Assembly (NCBI GenBank): GCA_963824495.1 | Contig: CAWGPQ010000011.1 | Span: 96,001 to 160,000, forward strand | Direction: 5' to 3' | Length of the DNA stretch: 64,000 bases | Origin: an uncultured bacterium | GTDB lineage: Bacteria > Babelota > Babeliae > Babelales > Babelaceae | Part shown: positions 39,241 to 49,631 of the stretch, one piece after another | Position numbering within the stretch: position 1 is the stretch's first letter | How the letters are laid out: every line of letters begins with the position of its first letter | Notes under the pieces: generated by a model | Database searches by the model: none | Seen by the model: only the letters and a program-made list of their open reading frames with translations | Told to the model about the DNA's origin: nothing | Made by a program: the position numbers and the translations under genes

Positions 39241-42192
39241 ATGGCACATGATAATACTACCGGTGGGCAGCAGCCGGTAAGCTTTAAAGATACACTTAAT
39301 CTTCCGCGCACTGATTTCCCTATACGTCCACAGCCTAAGGTTGATGACCCTGAGATGCTCAAGCGATGGGAAAAAGAAAAGCTTTATGAAAAAGCCTATT
39401 ATAGTAATCAAGGTTCAACAAAGTATATTTTACATGATGGTCCGCCTTACGCTAATGGCTCTATACATTTAGGGCATGCTTATAATAAAGTGCTTAAAGA
39501 TATTATGACAAAGGCCCACCGCATGCTTGGTCTGCATGTCCCCGTAAAACCAGGTTGGGATTGTCATGGGTTACCGATAGAATTAAAAGTGACACAGGAG
39601 CGTCCCGGTCTTTCTGCGCTTGAGCTCAAGCGGGCATGTAGGGATTACGCACAAAAATGGATCGATATACAACGTGCTGAATTTAAGCGGCTTGGTGTTG
39701 TTATGGAATGGGATCACCCGTACATCACCATGGGCCCTCACTATGAGGCAGCAGTTATACGAGCCTTCGGTGTATTTGTAGAAAAGGGTTTTATTGAGCG
39801 CAAAAACAAAACCGTAGCCTGGTGTTCTTCATGTCAAACGACACTTGCAACTGCAGAAATTGAATATAAAGAACGTAAAGATCCTTCAATTTACGTACTC
39901 TTTCCCTTTGGACAACAAACAGCACGTAAGCTCTTTCCTGAGGTTGGTGGTCGAGAGGTAAATCTGCTTGTATGGACAACTACACCATGGACTTTACCAC
40001 TTAACCGTGCAGTTATGCTCAGAGCACAAGCTCAGTATCGTCTTTCTGAGCTTAATGGAAGACTCGTTATTACTGGTGCTCAGGTTGCCGATGAAGTGGC
40101 AGCTTTAATCGGTTCACCTCAACGGATGATTAAAGAATTTCCTACAGAATATCTTACTGGGAGTCTCGTTCAGCATCCGTTTTTAGACAATCTTGAAGTG
40201 CCTCTTTTAGCAGAAGAAGATGTAGCTCTCGGTGAAGGTACGGCATGTGTTCATATTGCCCCGGGATGTGGTCCACAAGACTATGAGGTAGGAGTTAAGC
40301 ACCAGCTTGAAGTGTATTCACCTATTAGTCCGCGTGGAACTTATGAGCAGGGTGTTGAGCCTGAAGAACTTGCTGGTGTGCCAGTAGCTGAAGCCCAAGG
40401 ATGGGTAATTAAGCGATTAGCTGAAGTTGAGCGGTTATTTTATAAAACATCCCTTATGCATAGCTTTCCCCATTGCTGGCGTTGTCATTCCCCGTTAATT
40501 TTTAGGGCAACGCGCCAGTGGTTTTTCGATCTTAATCACAGTGCTATTAAACAACAGGCTCTTGAAGCTATTAAAAAAATTACGTTTATACCTGAACAAG
40601 CAAGAAGCTTTTTGTATGCAACGGTTGAAAGCCGTTGGGAATGGTCACTTTCTCGTCAACGGGTATGGGGAGTGCCGATACCAGCACTTATTTGCAATGA
40701 ATGTGATGTTGCCTATTGTACCCCCGGACTGGTTAATCAAGTGGCTGAAAACACTGCTCGTGAGGGTATTGAGTATTGGGATCGCGTATTACTCGATGAG
40801 CTCGTACCAGCAAATTTTGCGTGCCCACGCTGTAAAAAATCCAATTTTCGCAAAGAGACCGATATTCTCGATGTATGGTTTGACTCAGGGGTGAGCCATT
40901 ACGCTGTGCTCTACGGTAACCCTGAGTTAGGATTTCCTGCTGATCTGTATCTCGAGGGTATCGATCAGCATCGGGGATGGTTTCAAAGCTCGTTATTGAC
41001 AAGCCTTGTGCTTGAAGAAGAACCTGCTATGCGTGCTATTATGACGCATGGCTTTACCGTTGATGCCAAGGGACAAAAAATGTCAAAATCTCTTGGTAAT
41101 GTTGTCGCTCCCCAACAGATTATTGATCGACTTGGTACCGATGGTTTGCGTTTGTGGGTAGCCAGCATTGGGCATGAAGGTGACGCTGTGGTATCAGAGA
41201 CACTATTACGTAATGTTGGCGAGGTATATCGTAAAATTCGTAATACCTGTAGATTCTTGCTTCAAAATCTTTATGATTTTGATAAAACTACTGATGCTCT
41301 TGATATTCGTGAACTACGAGTTATTGATCAAGCCGCCCTCGCTTATCTTTATGAATTGAACAGAACGATTATACGAGAATATCTTGATGGAAACTTTACT
41401 GCCGTATTTCATACCCTTGCTGATTATTGTAGCAGCGAGCTGAGCTCGTTTTATCTTGATATCGTCAAAGATCGTCTCTATGTCGAAGCAGCAGATGGTA
41501 AGCTCAGGCGTTCAGCGCAAACAACGCTCTGGTACATTCTTGATACGCTTACGCGTTTGATAGCACCAATAGTATCATTTACAGCTGAGCAACTTTCCGA
41601 TTATTACCAAAAAGACAAAAAAGAATCGATTCATCTGCAGCTCTTCTCGCATTTACGTGATATCTGGCATAGTATGGCTCATGAAGAAGTTAACGAAAAA
41701 CCCTTAGGGTTGCTGCCTGCCTCTTATTTTGGCCATATTGTCGATACTGAGCGTGCTATCGAAGAGATATCATGGATTAGCAAACATACGCGTGAGTGGG
41801 AATTGCTTAAAGATATTCGATCGGCAGTACTTAAAGCCATTGAGCTCCAGCGCGAAAAAGGACTTATTAAACACTCTCTTGAAGCACAAGTTACGCTTTT
41901 TATTAATAAAAATATGAAGGGCTATGATATAGTACAGGCATTTTATACTACGCTCGATCAAGCAGGTGAATCACACGAAGAATTCTATAAAGAATTCTTT
42001 ATCGTTTCTCAAGTAGCACTAGCTCACAGTGCTGAAGGCTTAGAGCCAACAGTACGGGAAGGTCTATATGCTCGTATTGATCATGCGCAAGGAACCAAGT
42101 GTCCTCGTTGCTGGCAATGGGAAATAACTACTAATCCTTATGGCTTGTGTCGTCGTTGTCAAGAAGTGCTGAAAGTGCAACAGGAAGGATAG
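39241..42192 (+). CDS. ileS: Isoleucine--tRNA ligase (bacterial type 1)
   Basis: HDGPPYANG.IHLGH, GWDCHGLP, WTTTPWTL, KMSKS, C-terminal CPRCW..CRRC Zn finger. Confidence 0.98.
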   Translation: MAHDNTTGGQQPVSFKDTLNLPRTDFPIRPQPKVDDPEMLKRWEKEKLYEKAYYSNQGSTKYILHDGPPYANGSIHLGHAYNKVLKDIMTKAHRMLGLHVPVKPGWDCHGLPIELKVTQERPGLSALELKRACRDYAQKWIDIQRAEFKRLGVVMEWDHPYITMGPHYEAAVIRAFGVFVEKGFIERKNKTVAWCSSCQTTLATAEIEYKERKDPSIYVLFPFGQQTARKLFPEVGGREVNLLVWTTTPWTLPLNRAVMLRAQAQYRLSELNGRLVITGAQVADEVAALIGSPQRMIKEFPTEYLTGSLVQHPFLDNLEVPLLAEEDVALGEGTACVHIAPGCGPQDYEVGVKHQLEVYSPISPRGTYEQGVEPEELAGVPVAEAQGWVIKRLAEVERLFYKTSLMHSFPHCWRCHSPLIFRATRQWFFDLNHSAIKQQALEAIKKITFIPEQARSFLYATVESRWEWSLSRQRVWGVPIPALICNECDVAYCTPGLVNQVAENTAREGIEYWDRVLLDELVPANFACPRCKKSNFRKETDILDVWFDSGVSHYAVLYGNPELGFPADLYLEGIDQHRGWFQSSLLTSLVLEEEPAMRAIMTHGFTVDAKGQKMSKSLGNVVAPQQIIDRLGTDGLRLWVASIGHEGDAVVSETLLRNVGEVYRKIRNTCRFLLQNLYDFDKTTDALDIRELRVIDQAALAYLYELNRTIIREYLDGNFTAVFHTLADYCSSELSSFYLDIVKDRLYVEAADGKLRRSAQTTLWYILDTLTRLIAPIVSFTAEQLSDYYQKDKKESIHLQLFSHLRDIWHSMAHEEVNEKPLGLLPASYFGHIVDTERAIEEISWISKHTREWELLKDIRSAVLKAIELQREKGLIKHSLEAQVTLFINKNMKGYDIVQAFYTTLDQAGESHEEFYKEFFIVSQVALAHSAEGLEPTVREGLYARIDHAQGTKCPRCWQWEITTNPYGLCRRCQEVLKVQQEG

Positions 42193-42240
42193 CACAAAGC
42201 TTTCGTGCTTCTGCATGATCTCTGCTATATCTGAAAAGAT

Positions 42241-43482
42241 CTACGAGGGTGATCCTGACGGAAGCATAGGGTGGGCATGAGCCTGAGCAAGTTGAGCAAT
42301 TTGTTGAGCAATCTCAGGCGGAAGATGCTGCTGACCTGCTGGTTGCCATGCAAAGCCACCCCCCCTTCCTGCTCGTGATATTCTGCCAAATACAACTCTT
42401 CCAGCTTCTCCCTCTAAAAAAGCAACAACATCAGGGTGATGGTACTGGTGAGCAAGAGCCAGAGGAGTTTGGCCATTTGCGTTAGCAAGAGTAGCGTTAG
42501 CACCACGCACAAGCAGAAGTTGAACAGTACTCAAGTTGCCGTTACGAGCTGCCAAATGTAACGGTGTATTACCCTGTACATTTTGTAGATCAATATTTGC
42601 ACCAAGATCAAGTAATAGTTTTACGATATCGTCATGTCCTTGAGCAGCAGCCCAATGTAACGCTGTCATACCATGACTATCTTGATGGTTAATAGTAAGT
42701 GGTTGAGCTTGCGGTAGAGTGGAAAGTAATTCTACCACGTGCTTAGTATCTCCCCGGGCTGCTGCATAAGCGAGCAGGTTGCCCTCAAATACATTCGTTA
42801 GAGCTCGTATTGCATTTTTTATTAGGTCAGGATATTTCGGATATCGCTGAGCAACTCTCTGGAGCTCTTCTTTGATTGGTATTCCTGCTCCATGTTCTAT
42901 AAGCAGTCGAGCAGTTGCCAGTATTTGAGGGTGAAATAAAGGCCGTAATCGCGTCATGCTTATAAGATTACTTATAAGAGCAGTATCGCCATTATCATCG
43001 GTGTGATTAATATCAGCTCCATGCTCTATGAGCAATCTAGCCATATCTATACGCCCCAATTCAGCTGCCCACATAAGGGCAGTATCGCCATCATTATCAA
43101 CATGATTAACATGAGCACCAGCATTTATAAGCATTCTAACTATATCTGTACGTTCACCTCTAACTGCCTCCATGAGGGCAGTATAGCCAGACTTATTGGC
43201 CTGATCAATATTAGCACCATGCTCTATGAGGAATTGAGCCATGTCGATATGCCCATAATAAGCTGCCCTTCCAAGAGCGGTGCCACCAGAAAGGCCAACA
43301 TAATTAATATTGGCACCAGACTTGAGTGCGGCTTGGGCTACTGCAAGGTTACCATTTTGGGCTGCGGCTATTAATTTTTCGTCAGCAAGCCTGATTGGCC
43401 CTTCAACCCCCATAGATTCTAATGCAAGAGCATTACCTAACACTAAGCCAATCATGAGTAATTTTGTAATAATTTTAATCAC
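42241..43482 (-). CDS. Secreted ankyrin-repeat protein, same family as the 734-6230 array
   Basis: Near-identical signal peptide (MIKIITKLL.IGL.LG), shared 3' half and upstream region; LPPEIAQQIAQLA tail. Confidence 0.92.
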   Translation of the reverse strand: MIKIITKLLMIGLVLGNALALESMGVEGPIRLADEKLIAAAQNGNLAVAQAALKSGANINYVGLSGGTALGRAAYYGHIDMAQFLIEHGANIDQANKSGYTALMEAVRGERTDIVRMLINAGAHVNHVDNDGDTALMWAAELGRIDMARLLIEHGADINHTDDNGDTALISNLISMTRLRPLFHPQILATARLLIEHGAGIPIKEELQRVAQRYPKYPDLIKNAIRALTNVFEGNLLAYAAARGDTKHVVELLSTLPQAQPLTINHQDSHGMTALHWAAAQGHDDIVKLLLDLGANIDLQNVQGNTPLHLAARNGNLSTVQLLLVRGANATLANANGQTPLALAHQYHHPDVVAFLEGEAGRVVFGRISRAGRGGGFAWQPAGQQHLPPEIAQQIAQLAQAHAHPMLPSGSPS

Positions 43483-43754
43483 AGCTTAACCCTCTCTATT
43501 TATTAAGTTGGTATCTCTATTTTTAATTATTTCATAAAAAGGGCAAGGTAGTCAAGATATTAGCAGTTAAAGCTTAAATAGCAGCTTAATGCTCATACAA
43601 GCGTCAGTTCTGTTTATCGATGTGACTTCTCATGCCGTATAGGGTCGCCATAAGCTAGTGCTAAAAGTACAACAGGAAGCATAACACACCACTTTCTCAT
43701 GCTTTCTCTACGATTTTTTACTGAGCACCCAAAAGCACTGTGCTTTTTTTAGCA

Positions 43755-44560
43755 CTAAGAAGTTGAAGCACCACCTGCAACAGGAGGTCTCGTCATATGA
43801 GCTATAATACGTTTAATAATCTCATCAGGATCAAAGTTTGTGTATAATTGACGCATTTCTGGACGTGGCAATTCTTGAAAGGCTCTCTGTAGCGCTTCAT
43901 GTGCTGTTGGTATATTTACATAATTGCGCAAGAATTCAACGACATCTTGGTAGCCGCCTGACGGCAGGGATATCTTCACGCATAATCGCTTCTTGCCTAT
44001 TGCGTTGGACAAGCTGAAGGGCTGTTAAGCCTTGGTTATTAGTCAGTCTTAAGTTAGCATCATACTTAAGCAATAGTCTTACGATATCGACATGACCTTG
44101 TGCAACAGCCCAATGCAGAGCAGCATCTTGTCGATTAATATCGAGGAAGTTTGCTTGTTGGGCAGGGCTAAAGACGGCATTAAGCAAGCCTTGAAAATAG
44201 TCTTGTATATTTTGTGCAAGAGATGGCGATCTGGCTTGCTGGGGTGCTATATTTTCAGCTCTCACTTTGGGCGGTATGGTAGCTAGTAGCTGCGCTACGC
44301 GTTCTCTATTGCCCAGAGCTGCAGCATAAGCTAGCTGGTTGCCGTCAATTGCTCTCTCTGGGTCTTGTGGTACCATTCTCTCGTAGATGCTGGGCAATTC
44401 TCTGAAGCTCTACCTCAGTTGGCATTCTTGCTCCATGCTCTATAAGCACTCGAGCAGTTGCCAGTAGTCTGGGATAGAATGTTAGCACGATTAATATTAG
44501 CACCCTATTCTATAAGTACTTGGACGATTCCAGCGTCTGCACTCTCAACTGCGCACATAA
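43755..44560 (-). pseudogene. Degraded ankyrin-repeat gene of the same family
   Basis: Fragments in several frames (LIE*GANINRAN; LLATARVLIEHGARMPTE; GNQLAYAAALG; INRQD/ALHWAVAQG lacking xxGxT); 5' end missing. Confidence 0.8.
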
Positions 44561-44665
44561 TCAGATTAAGCAAGAGTTTAAGTTTGTTTGTATCTCTTGA
44601 TATATCCAGACAAATAGCAGCATGATGTTCTATAAGTATTCACGCATTACTGTAAGGAGAAATAT

Positions 44666-45214
44666 ATGGCAAAAGAACTAGATGGCTTGAATGTTGCAAT
44701 TCTCGTTGAAGAGGGTTTTGAGCAAGTTGAAATGACCGAGCCCAGAAAAGCGCTTGACCAAGCTGGAGCAAAAACCCATTTGATTGTACCCGCGCGAACA
44801 AGAGTTAAAGCGTGGGACTCAACAAACTGGGGAACTGAGTTTCCCGTAGATGTCCAACTTGATGACGCCAACCCAGACGATTACGGTGCTTTACTGCTAC
44901 CTGGTGGCGTCATGAACCCTGATCGCCTTCGTATGATTGCTCGCGCGGTCAAATTTGTTAGGGATATGGGTCTTTCAGGTAAACCTATCGCAGTGATTTG
45001 CCATGGACCATGGACTCTTATTAATGCAGGCTTGGTCAAGGGCCGCACCATAACATCCTGGCCCTCGCTTCATATCGATCTTGTAAATGCGGGAGCAAAC
45101 TGGGTTAATGAACAAGTTGTCAGGGATGGCAATCTACTATCGAGCCGTAGGCCGGATGATATCCCCGCATTTAACCTGGCAATGATCGACTTGTTTGCCG
45201 AAGCTCGTCGCTAA
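44666..45214 (+). CDS. pfpI: PfpI/DJ-1 family protease/deglycase (type 1 glutamine amidotransferase-like)
   Basis: GFEQVE..EP, LLLPGG..NPD.LR, ICHGPW, SSR.PDD..AF. Confidence 0.9.
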   Translation: MAKELDGLNVAILVEEGFEQVEMTEPRKALDQAGAKTHLIVPARTRVKAWDSTNWGTEFPVDVQLDDANPDDYGALLLPGGVMNPDRLRMIARAVKFVRDMGLSGKPIAVICHGPWTLINAGLVKGRTITSWPSLHIDLVNAGANWVNEQVVRDGNLLSSRRPDDIPAFNLAMIDLFAEARR

Positions 45215-45228
45215 ATTCAAGTAGTGTA

Positions 45229-47220
45229 TTATTTCTTGCCCACTGTTCTTCGTGGCAGCGGTGTTCCTGGCTTGTGTTCTTGCTCTTTCTTCTCTTCTGC
45301 TTTAAAGAGCTCATTGAGCTGCGCTATGCTTGTTCCAAGTTTTTCAATGTAATGGGTAAAAAATCCAAGTGGTTGTAGGATGTTCTGTTCACGAAGGGCT
45401 TTTTCTTCAGGCTTATCGGCTGGTAGCGGTTGTGAGCTTGCGTTTTCGAGTTTTTTTGTCAAAAGATCGTGAAGCGCAACAATGTGCTCTTTGAGATCTT
45501 TGTATCGCTTGTCTATCCCTTGCCAAAGCTCTTTGTATTGCTTTTTTTTGCGATCGGTTTTCAGCTCTTTTAGCTGATTATAAATGTGTTCAAGGGAATT
45601 TACCATTAAAGGCAAATTAACAGTTTGCGCAAACAAATTCAGTTCCTGCATGGTTTGTTCATTAACCGGTGATTGCGCTATCTTATCGATAAATTCTTTA
45701 TTTAGGTAGTGCTTTATATTAAAGAGCATTTCATCAACTTGAGCAATTTGCATGCCTAAAACATCAAATGCTTCTTCTTCTTTTTTCTCTTTTTTCTCTT
45801 TCTTATCTTTTTCTTCTTTCTTGTCTTTTCCCTCTCCTTTTTTATCTTGCTTATCTTTTTCTTCTTTCTTATCTTTATCTTCTTTTTTCTTACCACCCTT
45901 ACCGCCTTTTCCACTTCCACCATCTTTTTCGGGAGCTTTTGGTTCTTCGGGGGTACCGGGGCCTCCGGCTGCGCCAGCTCCACCTGTAAGAGGTGGTGGG
46001 CCAAACCTCGGCACACCTGCAAACTCCGGCTTAAGCTCCGGTGTTGTGCGTGATGGTCGCTGTTCGTAAGGACCACCAGGTGAAGGCTTAGGCACTAATT
46101 TAAAGAGTTCTTGTTGCTCTTTGAGTCGCTCTTTTTCAGCTGTTTCTAGTTCTTTTCTAAGAGCAAGTTCTTGTGGTTCATAGTTCTTTAAGAATTTCTC
46201 AAGATCGGTTACAACGTGCTGATTATAAATGGCAGTACTGAGCGCATCAAGTATTGAGCGAAGTGCTTTTTGAGCACCAGCTTCAACCTCTTGACGAGAT
46301 GCCTTAAGCGCTTGGAGCTCTCTATCTACTTGAGCACGCGCTTTGGGATCTTTTAACATTTGATAGGCATTGGTAATAATACTGAAAGTAAGGCGGGCAT
46401 TTTTAAGGGCGTGTTCAAGATCTCTCCCAACAACACCTTGAGCACTCAGGTAGTTTTGTACATGCTCAGGTGATTGTGCTTGAGCAAGGCGTTGATAAGC
46501 CCTCTCAAGTTCTTCTTGACTTGCTTGATAGGATACACCGAGAATATCGTAAGGGTTATCTATGTCTTCAGCGAGTATAACATCTTCTATAACAAATTGC
46601 GGCTCGTATATATCAAGCGTATCAGCTAGTTGACTAAGAGCTTTCATAAGGGGTAGAAATTCTTGCGTTGTTAAACGTTGATAATGAACCGGTTTGCGTA
46701 TAACTCTTAAATAAAAGATCATATCATTGAGCTCTTCCTGCCATGATGCAAGCTGCCGATGCTCAAGTACATGGCTTGATGCCTTTTGTCTTAACTGAGA
46801 AATACGAGCTACTAAGCGGTCAAGAACAGCATGTGTCTGCTGAGCATTATATTCTGAAGGAAGAGGTGGTGGTTGAGGAGCCGCTGGTTTTTCTGCTTCA
46901 ACTGGTGCTTTTGGTTCTGTTGGCGCTGTTGGTGCTGTTGGCTCAAGGGGCTCAAAAGTATCGGGATTGAACCCCATATCGACCAGTGTGTTTCGTGCTT
47001 CTTGTTCTATTTTTTCAAGTTCTTCAGGACTTAACGACGCAAGATAATCGAATAGTCCTTGCATTTCTTTAAGTTGTGCATCATTTAAAGAGGGAAGCTC
47101 TGGTCCGCCAAAGGGTGACTGTTGCATATCAAGTTCGGCTACGCTTGTGCCTATTAAAAATATACTGAATAAACTAATGATAAGAGAGAAGTTTTTGTTC
47201 ATACTCATGTTCATATTCAT
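45229..47220 (-). CDS. Secreted protein with a degenerate DnaJ (J) domain and K/D/E low-complexity tract
   Basis: Signal peptide; NPYDILGV...ELERAYQRLA..SPE...F..ITNAYQMLKDP..RAQ.D. Confidence 0.75.
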   Translation of the reverse strand: MNMNMSMNKNFSLIISLFSIFLIGTSVAELDMQQSPFGGPELPSLNDAQLKEMQGLFDYLASLSPEELEKIEQEARNTLVDMGFNPDTFEPLEPTAPTAPTEPKAPVEAEKPAAPQPPPLPSEYNAQQTHAVLDRLVARISQLRQKASSHVLEHRQLASWQEELNDMIFYLRVIRKPVHYQRLTTQEFLPLMKALSQLADTLDIYEPQFVIEDVILAEDIDNPYDILGVSYQASQEELERAYQRLAQAQSPEHVQNYLSAQGVVGRDLEHALKNARLTFSIITNAYQMLKDPKARAQVDRELQALKASRQEVEAGAQKALRSILDALSTAIYNQHVVTDLEKFLKNYEPQELALRKELETAEKERLKEQQELFKLVPKPSPGGPYEQRPSRTTPELKPEFAGVPRFGPPPLTGGAGAAGGPGTPEEPKAPEKDGGSGKGGKGGKKKEDKDKKEEKDKQDKKGEGKDKKEEKDKKEKKEKKEEEAFDVLGMQIAQVDEMLFNIKHYLNKEFIDKIAQSPVNEQTMQELNLFAQTVNLPLMVNSLEHIYNQLKELKTDRKKKQYKELWQGIDKRYKDLKEHIVALHDLLTKKLENASSQPLPADKPEEKALREQNILQPLGFFTHYIEKLGTSIAQLNELFKAEEKKEQEHKPGTPLPRRTVGKK

Positions 47221-47303
47221 GTTTCCTGCTCGTTATGCTAGCAGATTTAATTATACTAGTATAGTATACCTGAATGCATGAAATTCGTAAATGGTTATTT
47301 GTT

Positions 47304-47687
47304 ATGTCAACTATTAATTTAAAAATAAGTCTTGCTCAAGCTCGTACTGGATTTTTTATGCTGGAGCTTGCTCTAAGTTTAGCTATGGCGGGGATACTTG
47401 CTGCTTGTGCTTGCTCTTGGTATGTACATTGTCTTATGCGTGAGCATCAGGCGTATGGTGAGCTTGAAGCACTTGCGCTTGGAGCATCTGTGCTTGATCG
47501 GATCATGGCAGATCCATCGCAAGTGTCAGCTAATAGCCTACCAAAAAAACAGGGATATGATATCGGTATCGATAGGATACCCCTGGGAACACTATCCGGA
47601 TATATGCAAGTTACCGTAACGGTGTCCTGGACTGATCAGTATGCACATGAGTGTTCTCTCAAATTACTAACTGGAATATTGCTGTGA
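47304..47687 (+). CDS. Type IV pilin/pseudopilin-like protein
   Basis: Class III signal G|FFMLE followed by a hydrophobic helix; VTVTVSW. Confidence 0.75.
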   Translation: MSTINLKISLAQARTGFFMLELALSLAMAGILAACACSWYVHCLMREHQAYGELEALALGASVLDRIMADPSQVSANSLPKKQGYDIGIDRIPLGTLSGYMQVTVTVSWTDQYAHECSLKLLTGILL

Positions 47688-48175
47688 AGCCGGGTTTTAC
47701 TCTTATCGAGTCATTGGTCTATCTTGCAGTAGGCGCAGCGCTTTCTCTTATGATAAGCACGTTATGTATAACGTTGGTGCGCCAAAAAGCTCATGCTGTA
47801 CGCAGTCGTGATAATCATCTTGCGCTTTGGATTGCGCTTGATAGAATGACTACTGATATTAAAATGGCATCATCGGGGCGAAGTGCTTGGAAAAAAATTA
47901 CCCCTGACTCTATAATTTGGCATGATCATCGAGGATACGATTGCGGGTGGAGTATAACAAAGGGAAAATTACGGCGTCACGAAGGGAGATTCGCTATGGG
48001 TAGTTGGCACAAGCACACGGTAAATACCATAGCACTACTTGATGAGGCACTTTTTGCTCTTGAGTACTCTCCCAATGGTACCGTACAAGGTGTATGGTGT
48101 ACAGTACGGCGTGCTGAGCATACGCTTAAGCGCTTTGTGTATTGCTTCTCAGGCAGAGCATATGATCTAGGATAA
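47684..48175 (+). CDS. Type IV pilin/pseudopilin-like protein (PulJ/ComGF-like)
   Basis: GTG start overlapping the upstream stop; KPG|FTLIE prepilin motif. Confidence 0.8.
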   Translation: MKPGFTLIESLVYLAVGAALSLMISTLCITLVRQKAHAVRSRDNHLALWIALDRMTTDIKMASSGRSAWKKITPDSIIWHDHRGYDCGWSITKGKLRRHEGRFAMGSWHKHTVNTIALLDEALFALEYSPNGTVQGVWCTVRRAEHTLKRFVYCFSGRAYDLG

Positions 48176-48181
48176 ATCACT

Positions 48182-48595
48182 ATGCAGCTTATTATAATAA
48201 TTATACTCTCGCTTTTTTTATCGCTTATTGCTTTACGCAGCTTTGAGCAAACTTCTTTAGTACAAGAAACTGTCAGCTATCTGCGTGAAACAATGGAGCT
48301 TGCTTATTGTGCCGATGCTCTTATGGCCTACGCCGTTGCTCTTTACAGAGATAGGAATGATCTGCGTACATATATTACTGAACACACAGATTACGTGATA
48401 ACGAAGTTACCTCTTTTTGAGGAAAGTGACCCAAAACTAGAACAGCTGAAGTATACGCTTACGTTTACCCAAAAGTCAGCACAAAGCGTGATGCTGAATC
48501 TTGAACTTGAGAGTACTCATACATGTCGATACTCTGCATGTTGGATGTTAAGTATATATGAGCACGAAGGACGTATGGTGCTTTATAGAGTATAA
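48182..48595 (+). CDS. Membrane-anchored protein, possibly a third minor pilin
   Basis: N-terminal TM helix; operon position after two pseudopilins. Confidence 0.6.
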   Translation: MQLIIIIILSLFLSLIALRSFEQTSLVQETVSYLRETMELAYCADALMAYAVALYRDRNDLRTYITEHTDYVITKLPLFEESDPKLEQLKYTLTFTQKSAQSVMLNLELESTHTCRYSACWMLSIYEHEGRMVLYRV

Positions 48596-48676
48596 AAAGT
48601 GAGCAAAAATCACTACTAAAATATGCGCAGCCGTGCTATACTATTAGAAAGACTTTTAATATATAAGGTGTACATA

Positions 48677-49459
48677 ATGAATACTATGCAAAAGCCCATC
48701 GCCCAAAGATCCCCTAAGCAGAAAGAATTTGAGTTATTGAGAAATGCCCTCGTACAGGGAGCAACTGATGAAGAATTTGCTCATTTTACCTATTTATGCA
48801 AGGAATATAATCTTGACCCTCTTAAGAAGGAAATTTACTTTCTAAAATATGGCGGAAAGCCGACAATTATAACGAGTCGCGATGGCTATCTTAAAATAGC
48901 AAATCTTAGCAAACATTTTGACGGTATGGAAAGTGATGTTGTCTATCAGGGTGACAAGCTGACCAAGCGTGCTGACGGGAGCTTACATATAGAATATAGT
49001 GAAGCCCACTTAATGTTTGACAAGACAAAATTGAGCGGTGCCTACTGTAATGTTTTTAGAAAAGACAGGGCTAAAGCTATAGCAGTTTTTGTTAGCTTAA
49101 GAGATTATTATAAAAAAGGCGCACCCATTTGGGATCAATATATTAATGCTATGATTCTTAAGGTTGCTGAATCTATGGCACTTAAGCGAGCATTTGCCAT
49201 TAGTGGATTAGTTACCAAAGAAGAAATTGAAGGTCGAGATGAGTTATATAATGAAGAATATGCTGAGCTTACGGGCGGCCAGCCTATAACTGATGCTCAG
49301 CGTAAAGAGTTATTTGCCGTAGCACACCTAAAAAATATAAGTGATGATGCTTTGAAAGAGCTTTTGATTAAGAACTTTACCAAAAGTTCGACAAAAGATC
49401 TTACACATGAGGAAGTACAACGTCTTCTAGCACTGCTTCATGGTACAAGCACAGTTTAA
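48677..49459 (+). CDS. Bet/RecT family single-strand annealing recombinase
   Basis: CKEYNLDPLKKEIYF.K...I.TSRDGYLKIA, W......MILKVAE..ALKRAF; C-terminal helical extension. Confidence 0.85.
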   Translation: MNTMQKPIAQRSPKQKEFELLRNALVQGATDEEFAHFTYLCKEYNLDPLKKEIYFLKYGGKPTIITSRDGYLKIANLSKHFDGMESDVVYQGDKLTKRADGSLHIEYSEAHLMFDKTKLSGAYCNVFRKDRAKAIAVFVSLRDYYKKGAPIWDQYINAMILKVAESMALKRAFAISGLVTKEEIEGRDELYNEEYAELTGGQPITDAQRKELFAVAHLKNISDDALKELLIKNFTKSSTKDLTHEEVQRLLALLHGTSTV

Positions 49460-49631
49460 AAAGCACCAAGCTTTTTTTGCTGTGTCGAAGTCCTTAAAAT
49501 TATAAAACAATATAATTTTTACTATTGAGAATTTAATCAACTTTGACTCGAAAAGTATATCAACCACGAGCAGCAGCTTTGCTTATGGTATTGTTTACTA
49601 AAACTTAGCTTATAAGCATGTAACTTTTTGA

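Noticed and set aside
45752..46076. Several overlapping Phe/Leu/Ser- or Lys/Arg-rich ORFs
   Set aside because: Shadow frames of the low-complexity KDKKEE tract
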